A stretch of DNA of 64,000 nt from Candidatus Multivoradales bacterium. GTDB lineage: Bacteria; Acidobacteriota; Thermoanaerobaculia; Multivoradales; J023. The stretch is from contig CBDFLE010000005.1 of the NCBI GenBank assembly GCA_965248925.1, positions 672,001-736,000 of the forward strand, written 5' to 3'. Made by a program: the position numbers and the translations under genes. Below the pieces are notes generated by a model that ran no database searches, had not been told where the DNA came from, and saw only the letters and a list, made by a program, of their open reading frames with translations. Positions 20,001 to 28,510 of the stretch are shown piece after piece. Each line of letters starts with the position of its first letter. The first letter of the stretch is position 1.

Positions 20001-22192
20001 TTGACCCCGGCGCTGTCTCGGCTGCGTTTGACCAGGCCGGTGTTCTTGTCGAGATCGTAGTCGGCCAGTTTGAGTAGCACTTCGCTGGTGGCGCAAGGGT
20101 TGACCACCGTCGAGTTTCTCAGCACGCCGTACTGGTAGCCGTAGTTGGTGCGGTAAAGGGCGCCGGATTGGGCCGGGTTGATGCTGCCCAGGCTTGCGGT
20201 GCTGATCGCCTGGCTGTCGCCGCCGTATTGCAGCTCAGAGGCGACGAAGCCGGTGCTGCCAGCCTGCACGAAGATGCTCAGCAGGTCGTTCGACTGCCGC
20301 GAGCCACCTGCCAACACCCTGCGTTTGCGCAGGAAGCCGTTGACTAGCGCAAAGTCATACTCGGTGGATTCGGTGACGCCGTTCTCGGTCACCGATTGCG
20401 AGTTGAAGGTCTCCAGCACCCAGGGCTGGGTCTGGCCGAACATGGCGAAATCGGTGGCCGGATCGATGGCGCCGGTGTCGCTGTTGGCGATCAGGTAGGA
20501 GCCGCGATTCTGGTTGTAGAAGGTCTCGCTCGCGCGCACGTTGCCGCTGGCGAAGTTGCCGCCGGTGGTGGTGGTGCGGAAATGGCCGAGGCCATCGAAG
20601 TCCGAGTGGGTGACCTCGCGGAACTTGTCGCCGTCGTCGTGGTAGATGACTTTGCGGTACTTCATCCGGTGGTTGCGGTCGGCGTAGGTCCCGGATGGAC
20701 CGTCGTTCTCATACTCCAGGAAGATCGAGCGGCGCTTGCTGCCGCTGGCCACCGAGCCCTGGTAGATCTCCTGCGACAAGTAGGGTGGGTTGTTGTTGAA
20801 GTAGTCGTTGGTGCCCGGCGTGCAGCGGGTGAAGGGCAGGCCGAAACCCTGGCGATGGATGCCCGCGGAGTTAAACCAGTGCTTTGTGTCGTTGCCTAGC
20901 GGGTCGGTCAAGGTGAGCGTGTGGTAGCAAGAGATCTGGCCGGGGCCGAGCACTCCCTGGGGGTCGTAATCGTAAGTCCAGGTGCCGTGGGGCGAGTTTG
21001 GATAGTCGCTGTCTTTGAGATAGGTCGACTTGGTGGCCACGCCGGTGCCGGTGTTGGCCCACTCGCGGCCCTCGGGCACATCTGGGCTTTGGGCGTGGAA
21101 ATCGATCTCTTGGTACTTCCAGCCAAAGGCACCATCGGTGGGCAGGCGGAGGAACTTGATGCCGCCCGAGAGTTTCTCTCCTACATTGTCGGTGTGGTAG
21201 TAGTCCATTTGGTAGAACGAGTCGTCGGGCAAGACCAGGCGTTCGAGCAGGCGGACGCCGGAAAGGGTGTCCCCTTCGGGCACACACGAAGGCTGCGCGC
21301 CTTGGCGCTCCAGGTCGACCGGGCCGGAGTAGACTAGATCGTAGACGGCGCTTTGGTTGTTGAAAGCGGCGAGGGTGACCTTCTCCAGTCGGCCGGCGGT
21401 GAAATCGAGGGAATGACTCCTGTTGGCGGAATCGGTGACGCTCCAATCGCCGCCCGAGGCGTAGGCTATCTTGACCCAATGGCCGAAGCGGTCGAGCATC
21501 TTGGTCACCCGCCAATCGAAGCTGGTGTGGCTGATGTTATGGAATTCATGCATCTCACCACTTGGGAATTCCACCGTCCGGCAATCCTGGTCGAGCAGAT
21601 TCGACGGCGTCTCGCAGGGGCTCGAGGCGAATGGGTAGTAGCGCATTCTCAGGTAGGTACTGTCGCGGGTGAACCAGGTGTTGGGCTGGGTGCCGGCGGG
21701 CGGGTAGGTGCCGCTCTGGGCCGGGTGGAGGAAATCGTGGAAGGCGTGTTGCCCGCCGTCAGGGCTCAAATAGGAAAACCCGCTGAAGGGTGGCGCGGGA
21801 TTGCCGCCTTCGGAGCGCACCAACTGGCCAAGATTGACCCGCCACCCCCAGCCAGAATTCGCATCGAGATCTTGAATCGGCAAGTTGTAGGAAACCAGCA
21901 TCTGGTTGGGCGGCGTGCCCTCGGTGCAGCTCTGTTGGTCGTCAAAGTCCCAGCCGCTGGAGTTGTAGGTCAGGGTGAAGCCGTAGCTCAGAGTGGGACC
22001 CACCGGGTAGCTCTGGCCGAGGGGCAGGCGGAGCGACAGATTCCCCGAGAAGAGGTTGATCGAATCGATGGCGCCGACTTGGAAGGCGGTGTCGGCGGTG
22101 ACGCCCCGCTGGTGGCTCTGGGGCTGTTGCGCGGCGGTCGGCCCGGCGAGGGCAACGTAGAGAAGTGAGGCGATGAGAATTTTCTGTTGCAT
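17093..22192 (-). CDS. Rhs/YD-repeat polymorphic toxin 1, Sec signal, HExxH metallopeptidase-like tip
   Basis: YD repeats, core 'HLDHLGSPR...YYPFG...KFTGHERD...YMHARH..P..GRFLS.D...Y...NP..FVDPTG'; tip 'LVHEFGHA...ALRYEN.HR'. Confidence 0.95.
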   Translation of the reverse strand: MQQKILIASLLYVALAGPTAAQQPQSHQRGVTADTAFQVGAIDSINLFSGNLSLRLPLGQSYPVGPTLSYGFTLTYNSSGWDFDDQQSCTEGTPPNQMLVSYNLPIQDLDANSGWGWRVNLGQLVRSEGGNPAPPFSGFSYLSPDGGQHAFHDFLHPAQSGTYPPAGTQPNTWFTRDSTYLRMRYYPFASSPCETPSNLLDQDCRTVEFPSGEMHEFHNISHTSFDWRVTKMLDRFGHWVKIAYASGGDWSVTDSANRSHSLDFTAGRLEKVTLAAFNNQSAVYDLVYSGPVDLERQGAQPSCVPEGDTLSGVRLLERLVLPDDSFYQMDYYHTDNVGEKLSGGIKFLRLPTDGAFGWKYQEIDFHAQSPDVPEGREWANTGTGVATKSTYLKDSDYPNSPHGTWTYDYDPQGVLGPGQISCYHTLTLTDPLGNDTKHWFNSAGIHRQGFGLPFTRCTPGTNDYFNNNPPYLSQEIYQGSVASGSKRRSIFLEYENDGPSGTYADRNHRMKYRKVIYHDDGDKFREVTHSDFDGLGHFRTTTTGGNFASGNVRASETFYNQNRGSYLIANSDTGAIDPATDFAMFGQTQPWVLETFNSQSVTENGVTESTEYDFALVNGFLRKRRVLAGGSRQSNDLLSIFVQAGSTGFVASELQYGGDSQAISTASLGSINPAQSGALYRTNYGYQYGVLRNSTVVNPCATSEVLLKLADYDLDKNTGLVKRSRDSAGVKIDFLYDRQGRLTHEFPESEAVRRYTYRLATQSNFNLMPLLTEEQCVTTAACSGSGLLAYRQHTFDGLGRRVKEQVQLPGGVRWYRHMSFNPRAWKTAESVWTLNATSDSRVTKYEQYDNFGRPGRITPPSQPATFLSYEGERTKTRRFKVMLASGVQEDTYNTEISDGQGRLFEVCEGRSAAWNGSCNAGGLLTRYAYDAGSRLTHVCQNRTGSTCGQQRFFNYDGRSFLTSETHPEVGPVGNGATTYSYDARGSVLSKRIGGSTEFDLDYFYDPAGRLIRVDESNGGSPRKLKEFRYGRKNVGADKRAGKLVQTTRHNWVDLVNPLNANPGFLDVRISESFVYAGRGGRMSERQTRYQLGVGHYAFQSGFSYDLQGNLATLDYPDCLHSNDSCDQVSPPRQVSFAYDKGFLTAVPGFASSLSYQSGGMLTQISHQSGITETYQVDPSGLARPERISTNAGWDTGTFDYDGAGNIHRIGSLQYRYDRFQRLVSGEVKVGSNDRLQTASYDNFGNLTQMVTHGASQTMSPSSSTNRLGLSGTVYDAGGNLTRVRYSSSEIYQYTYDAANMMKHLQSNTDQASVYIYNADDERIVTFSCFSAAGSSCVSSPASETWTLRGLGNEVLRVFTHPRGESFEWERDYVYRGGQMLASVDPDANGVEETYSFHLDHLGSPRQVTKSGSQVALHSYYPFGQEATSASSDEFQLKFTGHERDENGVGANGDLDYMHARHCSPVVGRFLSADALPLIDKARHDPRRWNRYTYAAGNPLKFVDPTGNIIFAVGDSINEVQAELEALRTALREAGVANLASSLVATGVDGEYQINAGGDLDLFTESSNPTAALIGAAIGTETGVIVDITSDNLSEFGGAVTFSTPVGTPRSGDILIRINPKQVAKTFVEGEFTRGRFKGVPGSFPVSPGTALVHEFGHASAYFLFNMPRRGTNTNSDALRYENLHRDLLARPCCTRRTKH

Positions 22193-22206
22193 AGTCTTGG
22201 ACTCCT

Positions 22207-22641
22207 TCAGCAGCCGCTGCCGGGGCAGGTGCTATCCCATTGATTGGCATTGCCAGACTCAAAGTTGTCGCCAAAGAGCACGGCGATGGACTTGACGGCG
22301 ACGGTGGCCGAGGTGCTGTGGTGGGTCTCGTCTTCGATGCGGTAGGTCAGGGTGCAGTTGGCATCGATCGAGGGGTTGGGGGTCAAGCGGATCAGATCGA
22401 GCACGATCTCGGTGCTCGCCGGGCAGGTGCTGGCGAGGACGGTGACAGTCAGGGCTTCGCCGTCGGGCTCGGTGTCGTTGGCCAGGACATCAATCAGGAT
22501 CGGGGCGGAGGCGGCTTCGGCGTTGTCGCCCGAGGCGATGGGGGTGCTGTTGCATTGAGCGTGGGCGGTGGCGGCGGCGACTGCGACTGCCAGTAGGCAG
22601 GCGGCGTTTAGGATCGAACATCTGGGGATTCTGTCTCTCAA
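22207..22641 (-). CDS. Small secreted Ig/cadherin-like protein with C-terminal 'LFGDNFESG' motif (copy 1)
   Basis: Signal peptide ending AHA; 'P.A..D....IDVLANDTEPDGEAL' Big_9-like motif; stop lies 15 bp upstream of the Rhs start. Confidence 0.8.
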   Translation of the reverse strand: MRDRIPRCSILNAACLLAVAVAAATAHAQCNSTPIASGDNAEAASAPILIDVLANDTEPDGEALTVTVLASTCPASTEIVLDLIRLTPNPSIDANCTLTYRIEDETHHSTSATVAVKSIAVLFGDNFESGNANQWDSTCPGSGC

Positions 22642-22978
22642 GGCTACCTCACTTTCTGGAAGATTCTAGATTCGTTCTCTTGCTTGGACTGGCCCTAGGC
22701 CCACCAGGTTCCCGCTCGACTTTGTTTCGTCAAACAAGCTATGGGAAAAGATGTTAGAGACCAAACGGTTCATTTTGGCAGGCTGGAAATGAACCGTTTC
22801 CCCTCGATCCACTGAATGACAGAGATTGCACGCGAGGGAACTCCTTGTTTTCGATATTCTGATATTGTCTACATATATCAATGGTCAAAATCGCGGCGTG
22901 CATTCGATAGCCGCACATCCAATCCCGAGGTCATTCGGCGGGCACTGCTCGCGCAACTCGCAAAAGACCAATAAGCGC

Positions 22979-23539
22979 TCACTCCACCACGGCACTCCGC
23001 CCCCGCAACAGCACCACCACCCGAGCAGCACACCTCGCGAGATCGTCTCCGACCTCCAGCGACTCAATCCAGCCGCTCAGCCGTCGGCGTGCTTTTCCTG
23101 TCGGCCGGTGCGCCTGCTGCTCCCATCCCGAAATCGTCTCTGGTGCCACGTCGATGACCGTGGCGAGAGAGCGCTGCGAAAATCCGAGCCTGCGCCGCAA
23201 AGCCATCAGCAGCTCAGCCACATTCTCGGGCTCAGGGTTTGGATCGTAGCCAAGCCAGTCCGTGAGTGCCGGCCAAAACCGGACTTCCGGGTAGCCCCTG
23301 TCATGTTCCCAATTTACTATCGAACCCAGACAGACGCCGAGCGTTCGGGCAACGTCTTTCTGCAACTGACCACGATCAAGCCGACATCTCTTGATGTGGT
23401 TACCAATCGTAACAAGTTCTCGCGGATACCCCGCAATCTTGGGGATACGTCCTCTCAACTGGACATGGCAAAAGGGGGCCGCAATCATGCAAGTGCGGGC
23501 ATTTGGGGGACGATCGGCATCACTGCAAATGCTCGCCAC
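22979..23539 (-). CDS. Tandem XRE-HTH protein (copy 1; start uncertain)
   Basis: 'TIGNHIKRCRLDRGQLQKDVARTLGV...IVNWE' and 'LRRRLGFSQRSLATVIDVAPETISGWE'. Confidence 0.75.
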   Translation of the reverse strand: MASICSDADRPPNARTCMIAAPFCHVQLRGRIPKIAGYPRELVTIGNHIKRCRLDRGQLQKDVARTLGVCLGSIVNWEHDRGYPEVRFWPALTDWLGYDPNPEPENVAELLMALRRRLGFSQRSLATVIDVAPETISGWEQQAHRPTGKARRRLSGWIESLEVGDDLARCAARVVVLLRGRSAVVE

Positions 23540-23970
23540 AGATGATCGAGCGCTATCGCAGTCGGGTCTCAGGGCCGCTGCTCGACCGCATCGACATGCA
23601 TGTCGAGGTACCCGCGGTGAGCCTTGCCGAGTTGCGCAGCGAAGCCACCGAAGGGACTCGGGAAGTAGCGTGGAGAGTGCGCCAGGCGAGAGAGATCCAG
23701 CGCAGTAGATTCGGCTCCCAGACGGACCTGCCGGTCAATGCCTCCCTGGGGAGCGACGGCATCGAGCAGCATTGCGTGCTAGCGCCCGATGCCCAGCGCT
23801 TGGTCGACACCGCCTTCGACAAGCTCAAGCTGTCGGCACGGGCACTCAGCCGCATCCTCAAGCTATCCCGCACCATCGCCGACCTCGACAGTTCGGCGGA
23901 GATTCGGGCAGCGCATGCCGCCGAGGCCATTCAATACCGCAGCCTGGACCAGCGATCGGAGCGAGGCTGA
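23488..23970 (+). pseudogene. comM: 3' half of ComM/YifB Mg-chelatase-like ATPase (copy 1)
   Basis: 'CKCGHLGD...CKCS...IERYRSRVSGPLLDRIDMHVEVP...LSARAL.RILKLSRTIADL...H.AEAIQYR'; the N-terminal AAA+ part is absent. Confidence 0.9.
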
Positions 23971-25299
23971 TGCCACGTTTACCACGCTACTTGCCGCGTC
24001 CCGGCTGCTTGGTCGAGATCACCCAGCGGACTCTGCAAGGGCTCTACCTCCTACGACCGAGCCGGCGTCTCAATCAGCTTCTAATCGGAATTCTTGCCAA
24101 AGCCCAGCAAGAAACCGAGCTCGCCGTCCATGCGATCGCCGTCCTCTCAAATCACTTCCACCTACTCGCTTCACCGGCTGCCTATTCCGACGAAACTGAC
24201 CAGCCATTCCGATCGAAACCGACCACTTGTCGGAGCGAAGCGACGCTGGCGCTCTCCTCAGTTGTAAGTGTCCACTTTCGCTGTAGCTGGAGCCCTCCTT
24301 CCGGCTCTTCTTCTTGATTGATTGTATTCAAATAACCCGTCGTCGGGGCTGTGCGTAGCTGTGGGAAACGCAGGTTGGGGGGCAGGGGGGCGTTTTCCAA
24401 GCGGTTGTGGGAATCGCAGAGCGATTTCCACAACCGCGGCAGCTTCCACAGTCCATCTTGGGTCGGGTCCGGATCGGGCCGCAGGCCCGCTGATGGGTCA
24501 GGATCGGCGATCGCTTCAGCATGCTCTTGGATCTCACCTTGCCTCTCGCTGGGCGGCCTTGCGAATACCGCCGGCTCTCTTCGCCCGCATGGAGTCACCG
24601 TCCACCGCGAGCTTGTAGGCGCCGTGGACAATGCGATCGAGGATGGCGTCGGCCAAGGTCGGATCGCCGATGACCTCGTACCAGCTCTCAACCGGTAGCT
24701 GGGAGGTCACCAGCGTGGAGCGGTTGCCGTAGCGGTCCTCAAGAATCTCGAGCAGGTCGCGCCGCTCGCTGGCCCCGATCGGCGCCAGCCCCCAGTCGTC
24801 GAGGATGAGCAGGTCTGTGCGAGCATAGCTCTTGAGCAGCTTCTCGTAGCTACCATCACCCCGCGCGATGGCGAGCTGGCGAAACAGCCTCGGCACCCGC
24901 AGGTACAAAGCGGTGTAACCCTCCCGACATGCCTTGTGCGCGAAGGCGCAGGCGAGAAAGGTCTTGCCCACCCCGGCCTTGCCGGTGATCAGCACGTTGA
25001 GATGCTCGGCGATCCACTGGCACGAGGCCAGGCGCAGGATCTGGCCTTTGTCCAGGCCCCTCTTGGCTCGCCAGTCGATGTCTTCGATGGCCGCCTGCTC
25101 GCGCAGCTTGGCTTTTCGCAACCGCGCTATCAAGCGGCGGCTGGATCGCTCGGTCGCTTCGCGCTCGACCAGCAGCCCGAGGCGCTCTTCGAAGGAGAGC
25201 TCTGAGACATCGACCATCGACAGCTGCTCCTCAAAGGCTTTGGCCATACCGTGGAGCTTCGGAATGTGTCAATGAAAGTGAGACACTTTCTTCTGGGAA

Positions 25300-26421
25300 T
25301 TAGTACGGAATCGGTAGTGGCTCCGGCACCATCGCTTTCAGCGAGGGCGCGCAGCCAGGGGTCTCGCCTGGTGCGTCGTTGTGTACGCGGTGTGTCACTA
25401 CGTTCTCGGTATCGACTGGGTCAGTGCTGGCGGCGGTGGTCGGCGGGTTGATCCAGACCTTGTCACTGGGCTCCGGCAAAGCCGGCGCTCGCCGCTTGAA
25501 GCGGCTTGGATGAGCGGCTGAGGCGGCGGCGAGGACTTCTCGACGTTGCTCCAGTACTGAGGCCGTGAGGCCGTAGTGGACGGTCTCTGGCGTCAACAAG
25601 CCGAGTCCTGTGTGGTAGTGCTGCGTGTTGTACCAGCCGATGAACGAGCGGCAGAATGCTCGTGCATCTTCCAGTGATCCGAAGCGGTCGGGAAAGCTCG
25701 GATGGTACTTGAGCGTCTTGAACTGGGCCTCAGAGAACGGATTGTCGTTGCTCGTGTAGGGCCGGTTCAGCGACCGTGTCATCCCGAGATCGGCCAGCAG
25801 TAGAGCCACTGGCTTGGATGTCATGCTCGAACCGCGGTCCGAGTGCAAGGTAAGTCGATCTCGCTCAACACCTTGCTTCTCAACACTGTCGGCGATCAAC
25901 CGCTTCGCGAGCCCTCCGGACTCGCGGCAGGCGAGCATCCAGCCGACGATGTAGCGGCTGAAGACGTCCAGAATTACGTAAAGGTAGTAGTGGGTCCACT
26001 TCACCGGGCCCTTGAGCTTGGTGATGTCCCACGACCACACCTCGTTCGGCCCTGTGGCCAGCAGTTCGGGCTTGGTGTAGTTGGGATGACGCCGCTGACG
26101 GCGTCGCTCGCGCAGCTCGCCCTCAGACTCCAGGACCCGGTACATGGTGCGCACCGAGCAGATATGGCGCTGATCCTCGTCCAGCAGCGCCGCCCAGACT
26201 TGACGCGGCGAGCGGTCGACGAAGCGCTCCGAGTGCAACACATCGAGGACCTCCTGGCGTTCAGCGGGCGTCAATGCCAGCGGCGGTCGAGGCCGCGTTG
26301 ATAGCTGCGGCCCTGCGCTCTGCTGCCGACGGCGGCGATAGAAAGTGGCTCTGGGGACCGCCAAGGCGACGCAGGCTGCTTGCACCCCCACCGTCTCGGC
26401 CAGCGGCGCCACAGCGCTCAT
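25300..26421 (-). CDS. IS3-family transposase OrfB (DDE/rve)
   Basis: 'PNEVWSWDIT', 'LDVFSRYIVGW', 'LHSDRGS', 'DNPFSEAQFKTLKY'. Confidence 0.92.
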   Translation of the reverse strand: MSAVAPLAETVGVQAACVALAVPRATFYRRRRQQSAGPQLSTRPRPPLALTPAERQEVLDVLHSERFVDRSPRQVWAALLDEDQRHICSVRTMYRVLESEGELRERRRQRRHPNYTKPELLATGPNEVWSWDITKLKGPVKWTHYYLYVILDVFSRYIVGWMLACRESGGLAKRLIADSVEKQGVERDRLTLHSDRGSSMTSKPVALLLADLGMTRSLNRPYTSNDNPFSEAQFKTLKYHPSFPDRFGSLEDARAFCRSFIGWYNTQHYHTGLGLLTPETVHYGLTASVLEQRREVLAAASAAHPSRFKRRAPALPEPSDKVWINPPTTAASTDPVDTENVVTHRVHNDAPGETPGCAPSLKAMVPEPLPIPY

Positions 26422-26882
26422 GGCTGGCTCTCGCTCGGCTCGATCCCTAGCAGCCGGGAAAGTTTTTTTTGGACATCGATGATCGTCTCGGCTTTGTACA
26501 GCTGATGCTTGAGCCGGGCATTCTCACGCTCAAGCTCCGCGACGCGGCGGGCCTCGGCAGAGACCGGTCGACGCTTGCGACCGCGCTTCTTCGACAGACC
26601 GGCCAGAGCTCCCGTGTCGCGCTGACGGCGCCACGTCGACAGTAGCGAGGAATACAGACCCTCCTGGCGAAGCAGGGCGCCAATCTCGCCGGGCTTGCTA
26701 CAGGCGTCGGCGGCCTGGACGATGCGCAGCTTGTACGACGCGCTGTACCGCCGCCGCTTCGCCTTCTCAGCTACCTCGGGATCTGGTCGGTCAGCACCCA
26801 TATCTCGCAGCTCGTGGCTTGGACTCGCCATGGTGATTGCTCTCCACACCCTCACTAATTTCTCGGTACTTGAGTGTCTCAC
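26418..26882 (-). CDS. IS3-family transposase OrfA (HTH; start may be near 26831)
   Basis: 'RRRYSASYKLRIV...LLRQEGLYSSLLSTWRRQ...LERENARLK...IIDVQKK'. Confidence 0.88.
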   Translation of the reverse strand: MRHSSTEKLVRVWRAITMASPSHELRDMGADRPDPEVAEKAKRRRYSASYKLRIVQAADACSKPGEIGALLRQEGLYSSLLSTWRRQRDTGALAGLSKKRGRKRRPVSAEARRVAELERENARLKHQLYKAETIIDVQKKLSRLLGIEPSESQP

Positions 26883-26935
26883 TTACATTGGCACAGAGGG
26901 CTTGAGCGCGGCGAGTTGATCGAGCGTCGCGTGCC

Positions 26936-28510
26936 TCAGCATGGCGGCGTCTCCTCGCGGCGCGCGGCACTGTAGTAGCTGGCGCCGCGGACGTTGCGGT
27001 GCTCGATCGGCGCCGTCACTTCGGTGGGCTCGGGCGCTGCTTGCTGGTCCAGGCCGCTCTTCAGGATCGACTTCACGCTCTTGTAGGACAGGCCGTGAAT
27101 GGCGAGCGCGCGGCGGCACGCAGCCTCCAAACGATTGGCACCATAGGTCTTGCCCAGGCGCATCAGCCCCAGACACGAGCGAAAGCCGTGCTGAGGATGG
27201 GAGCGGTTAAGCATGATGGTCTCCACCAGTTCGGCCGTCGCCTGGCCTGTTTTCGCCGCCCAGCTGATCAGCCGTGTCGGTGTCCACTCCAGGTACGCCT
27301 GGTGCGCTTTGGGCATGTGCTCGCTCTGGGTCGTGTGCCGACCCCGACACCGATTGCGACGATGAGCAGCCACACGCTTGCCGCGATCGAGCACCTCCAC
27401 CAGTTGCGCCGTCGCCCGCAGATCGAGCTGCTTCTTGATCAGCTGGTACGGCACACTGTAATAGTGGCCCTCGAACTCGACGTGGTAGTCCGGGGCAACG
27501 CGTACCTTCTTCCATTCGGCAAGCTCGTAGGGCTGGAGCGGCAAAGCACCCAGAGCAGGACGATCGACCTGCTCGAACAGCGCTCGGCGCGAGACGCCCA
27601 ACACCTTCAGCGGACGGTCGTTAAGCTCGACCAGAAGCTTCGCGATGCTCTCGTTGAGCTCTCGCAGGCTGAAGAACTGCTGGTTACGCAGCCGGGCCAG
27701 AATCCAGCGCTCCACTTGCAATACACCGTTTTCGACCTTCGCCTTGTCTTGGGGCTTCCTCACCCGCGCCGGCACCACCGCCACGCCGTAGTGCTCGGCC
27801 AACTCCGCGTAGGTGCGATTGATCTCCGGCTCGTAGCGGCACGGGCTGGTCACGCCGCTCTTCAGATTGTCCGGCACCACCAGCTCGCTCACCCCGCCCA
27901 GAGCCGCGAAGGTCCGCACATGAGAGCCGAGCCAGTCCTCCAGGCCCTGGCTCCACGTTGCCTCGGCATAGGTGTAGTTGCTCGCCCCCAGCACCGCCAC
28001 GAAGATCTGCGCTTCGCGCTCTTTGCCAGTCGCCGGGTCGATCACCCTCACGGTCTGTCCGGCGTAGTCGACGAACAGCTTCTCGCCCGCCCGGTAGGCT
28101 TGGCGCAGGCACACATCCAGGCGACCTTCCCAGATCCGGTACAGCTGACAGAAGCGGCTGAAACCGTAGCCGTCGGGATGGTCCTCCCGGTACTCTTGCC
28201 ACAGCAGCGACAGGGTTACGCCCTTCTTCTTCAGCTCGCCATGCACCTTGGTCCAGTCGGGCAAGGCTCGCTGACCACCCCTCCGAAGCGGCTGCGGCCG
28301 AGGGTACAGGCGTTGCTCCAGCTCAGCGTCGCTCAAAGCTGCTACTTGCTCCCAGCTCAGGCCTTCAACCTTGGCTCGCAGCAGGTAGTTGCACACCGTC
28401 ACGTGGCCCAGCCGAACCGACCGTCCGATCTGGCGGTGCGACAGGCCATGCTGCCATTTCAGTCTCAGTACCTCGCGTATCTTGCGCATCGATGTCCTCA
28501 CTCTCGGCAT
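26936..28510 (-). CDS. istA: IS21 transposase IstA
   Basis: 'MRKIREVLRL', 'FVDYAG', 'VPDNLKSGV', 'KPQDKAKVE', 'YYSVP', 'HRNVRGASYY'. Confidence 0.95.
   Translation of the reverse strand: MPRVRTSMRKIREVLRLKWQHGLSHRQIGRSVRLGHVTVCNYLLRAKVEGLSWEQVAALSDAELEQRLYPRPQPLRRGGQRALPDWTKVHGELKKKGVTLSLLWQEYREDHPDGYGFSRFCQLYRIWEGRLDVCLRQAYRAGEKLFVDYAGQTVRVIDPATGKEREAQIFVAVLGASNYTYAEATWSQGLEDWLGSHVRTFAALGGVSELVVPDNLKSGVTSPCRYEPEINRTYAELAEHYGVAVVPARVRKPQDKAKVENGVLQVERWILARLRNQQFFSLRELNESIAKLLVELNDRPLKVLGVSRRALFEQVDRPALGALPLQPYELAEWKKVRVAPDYHVEFEGHYYSVPYQLIKKQLDLRATAQLVEVLDRGKRVAAHRRNRCRGRHTTQSEHMPKAHQAYLEWTPTRLISWAAKTGQATAELVETIMLNRSHPQHGFRSCLGLMRLGKTYGANRLEAACRRALAIHGLSYKSVKSILKSGLDQQAAPEPTEVTAPIEHRNVRGASYYSAARREETPPC

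Larger units (their letters stand above)
25260..26900 (-). mobile_element. IS3-family element nested in istB, 3-bp TSD CTT
   Basis: Imperfect 27-bp IRs (CGGAATGTGTCAATGAAAGTGAGACAC vs CCCTCTGTGCCAATGTAAGTGAGACAC); CTT at 25257-25259 and 26901-26903; orfA/orfB with an A8 slippery run at 26463-26470. Confidence 0.9.
24534..26942 (-). pseudogene. istB: IstB AAA+ helper ATPase interrupted by IS3
   Basis: 'MLRHATLDQLAALK' (26942-26901) rejoins 'LHGMAKAFEEQ...GKAGVGKT...LLILDDWG...TSQLP...ADAILDR'. Confidence 0.93.

Noticed and set aside
18554-20077. Long plus-strand ORFs opposite Rhs (also 31645-33237, 40213-41736) and opposite istA (26999-28603)
   Set aside because: Antisense shadow frames expected from GC-rich codon bias; no recognisable motifs.
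22826-23545. 239-aa plus-strand ORF (and its copy at 35986-36705)
   Set aside because: Antisense to the XRE-HTH ORF, which has clear motifs.
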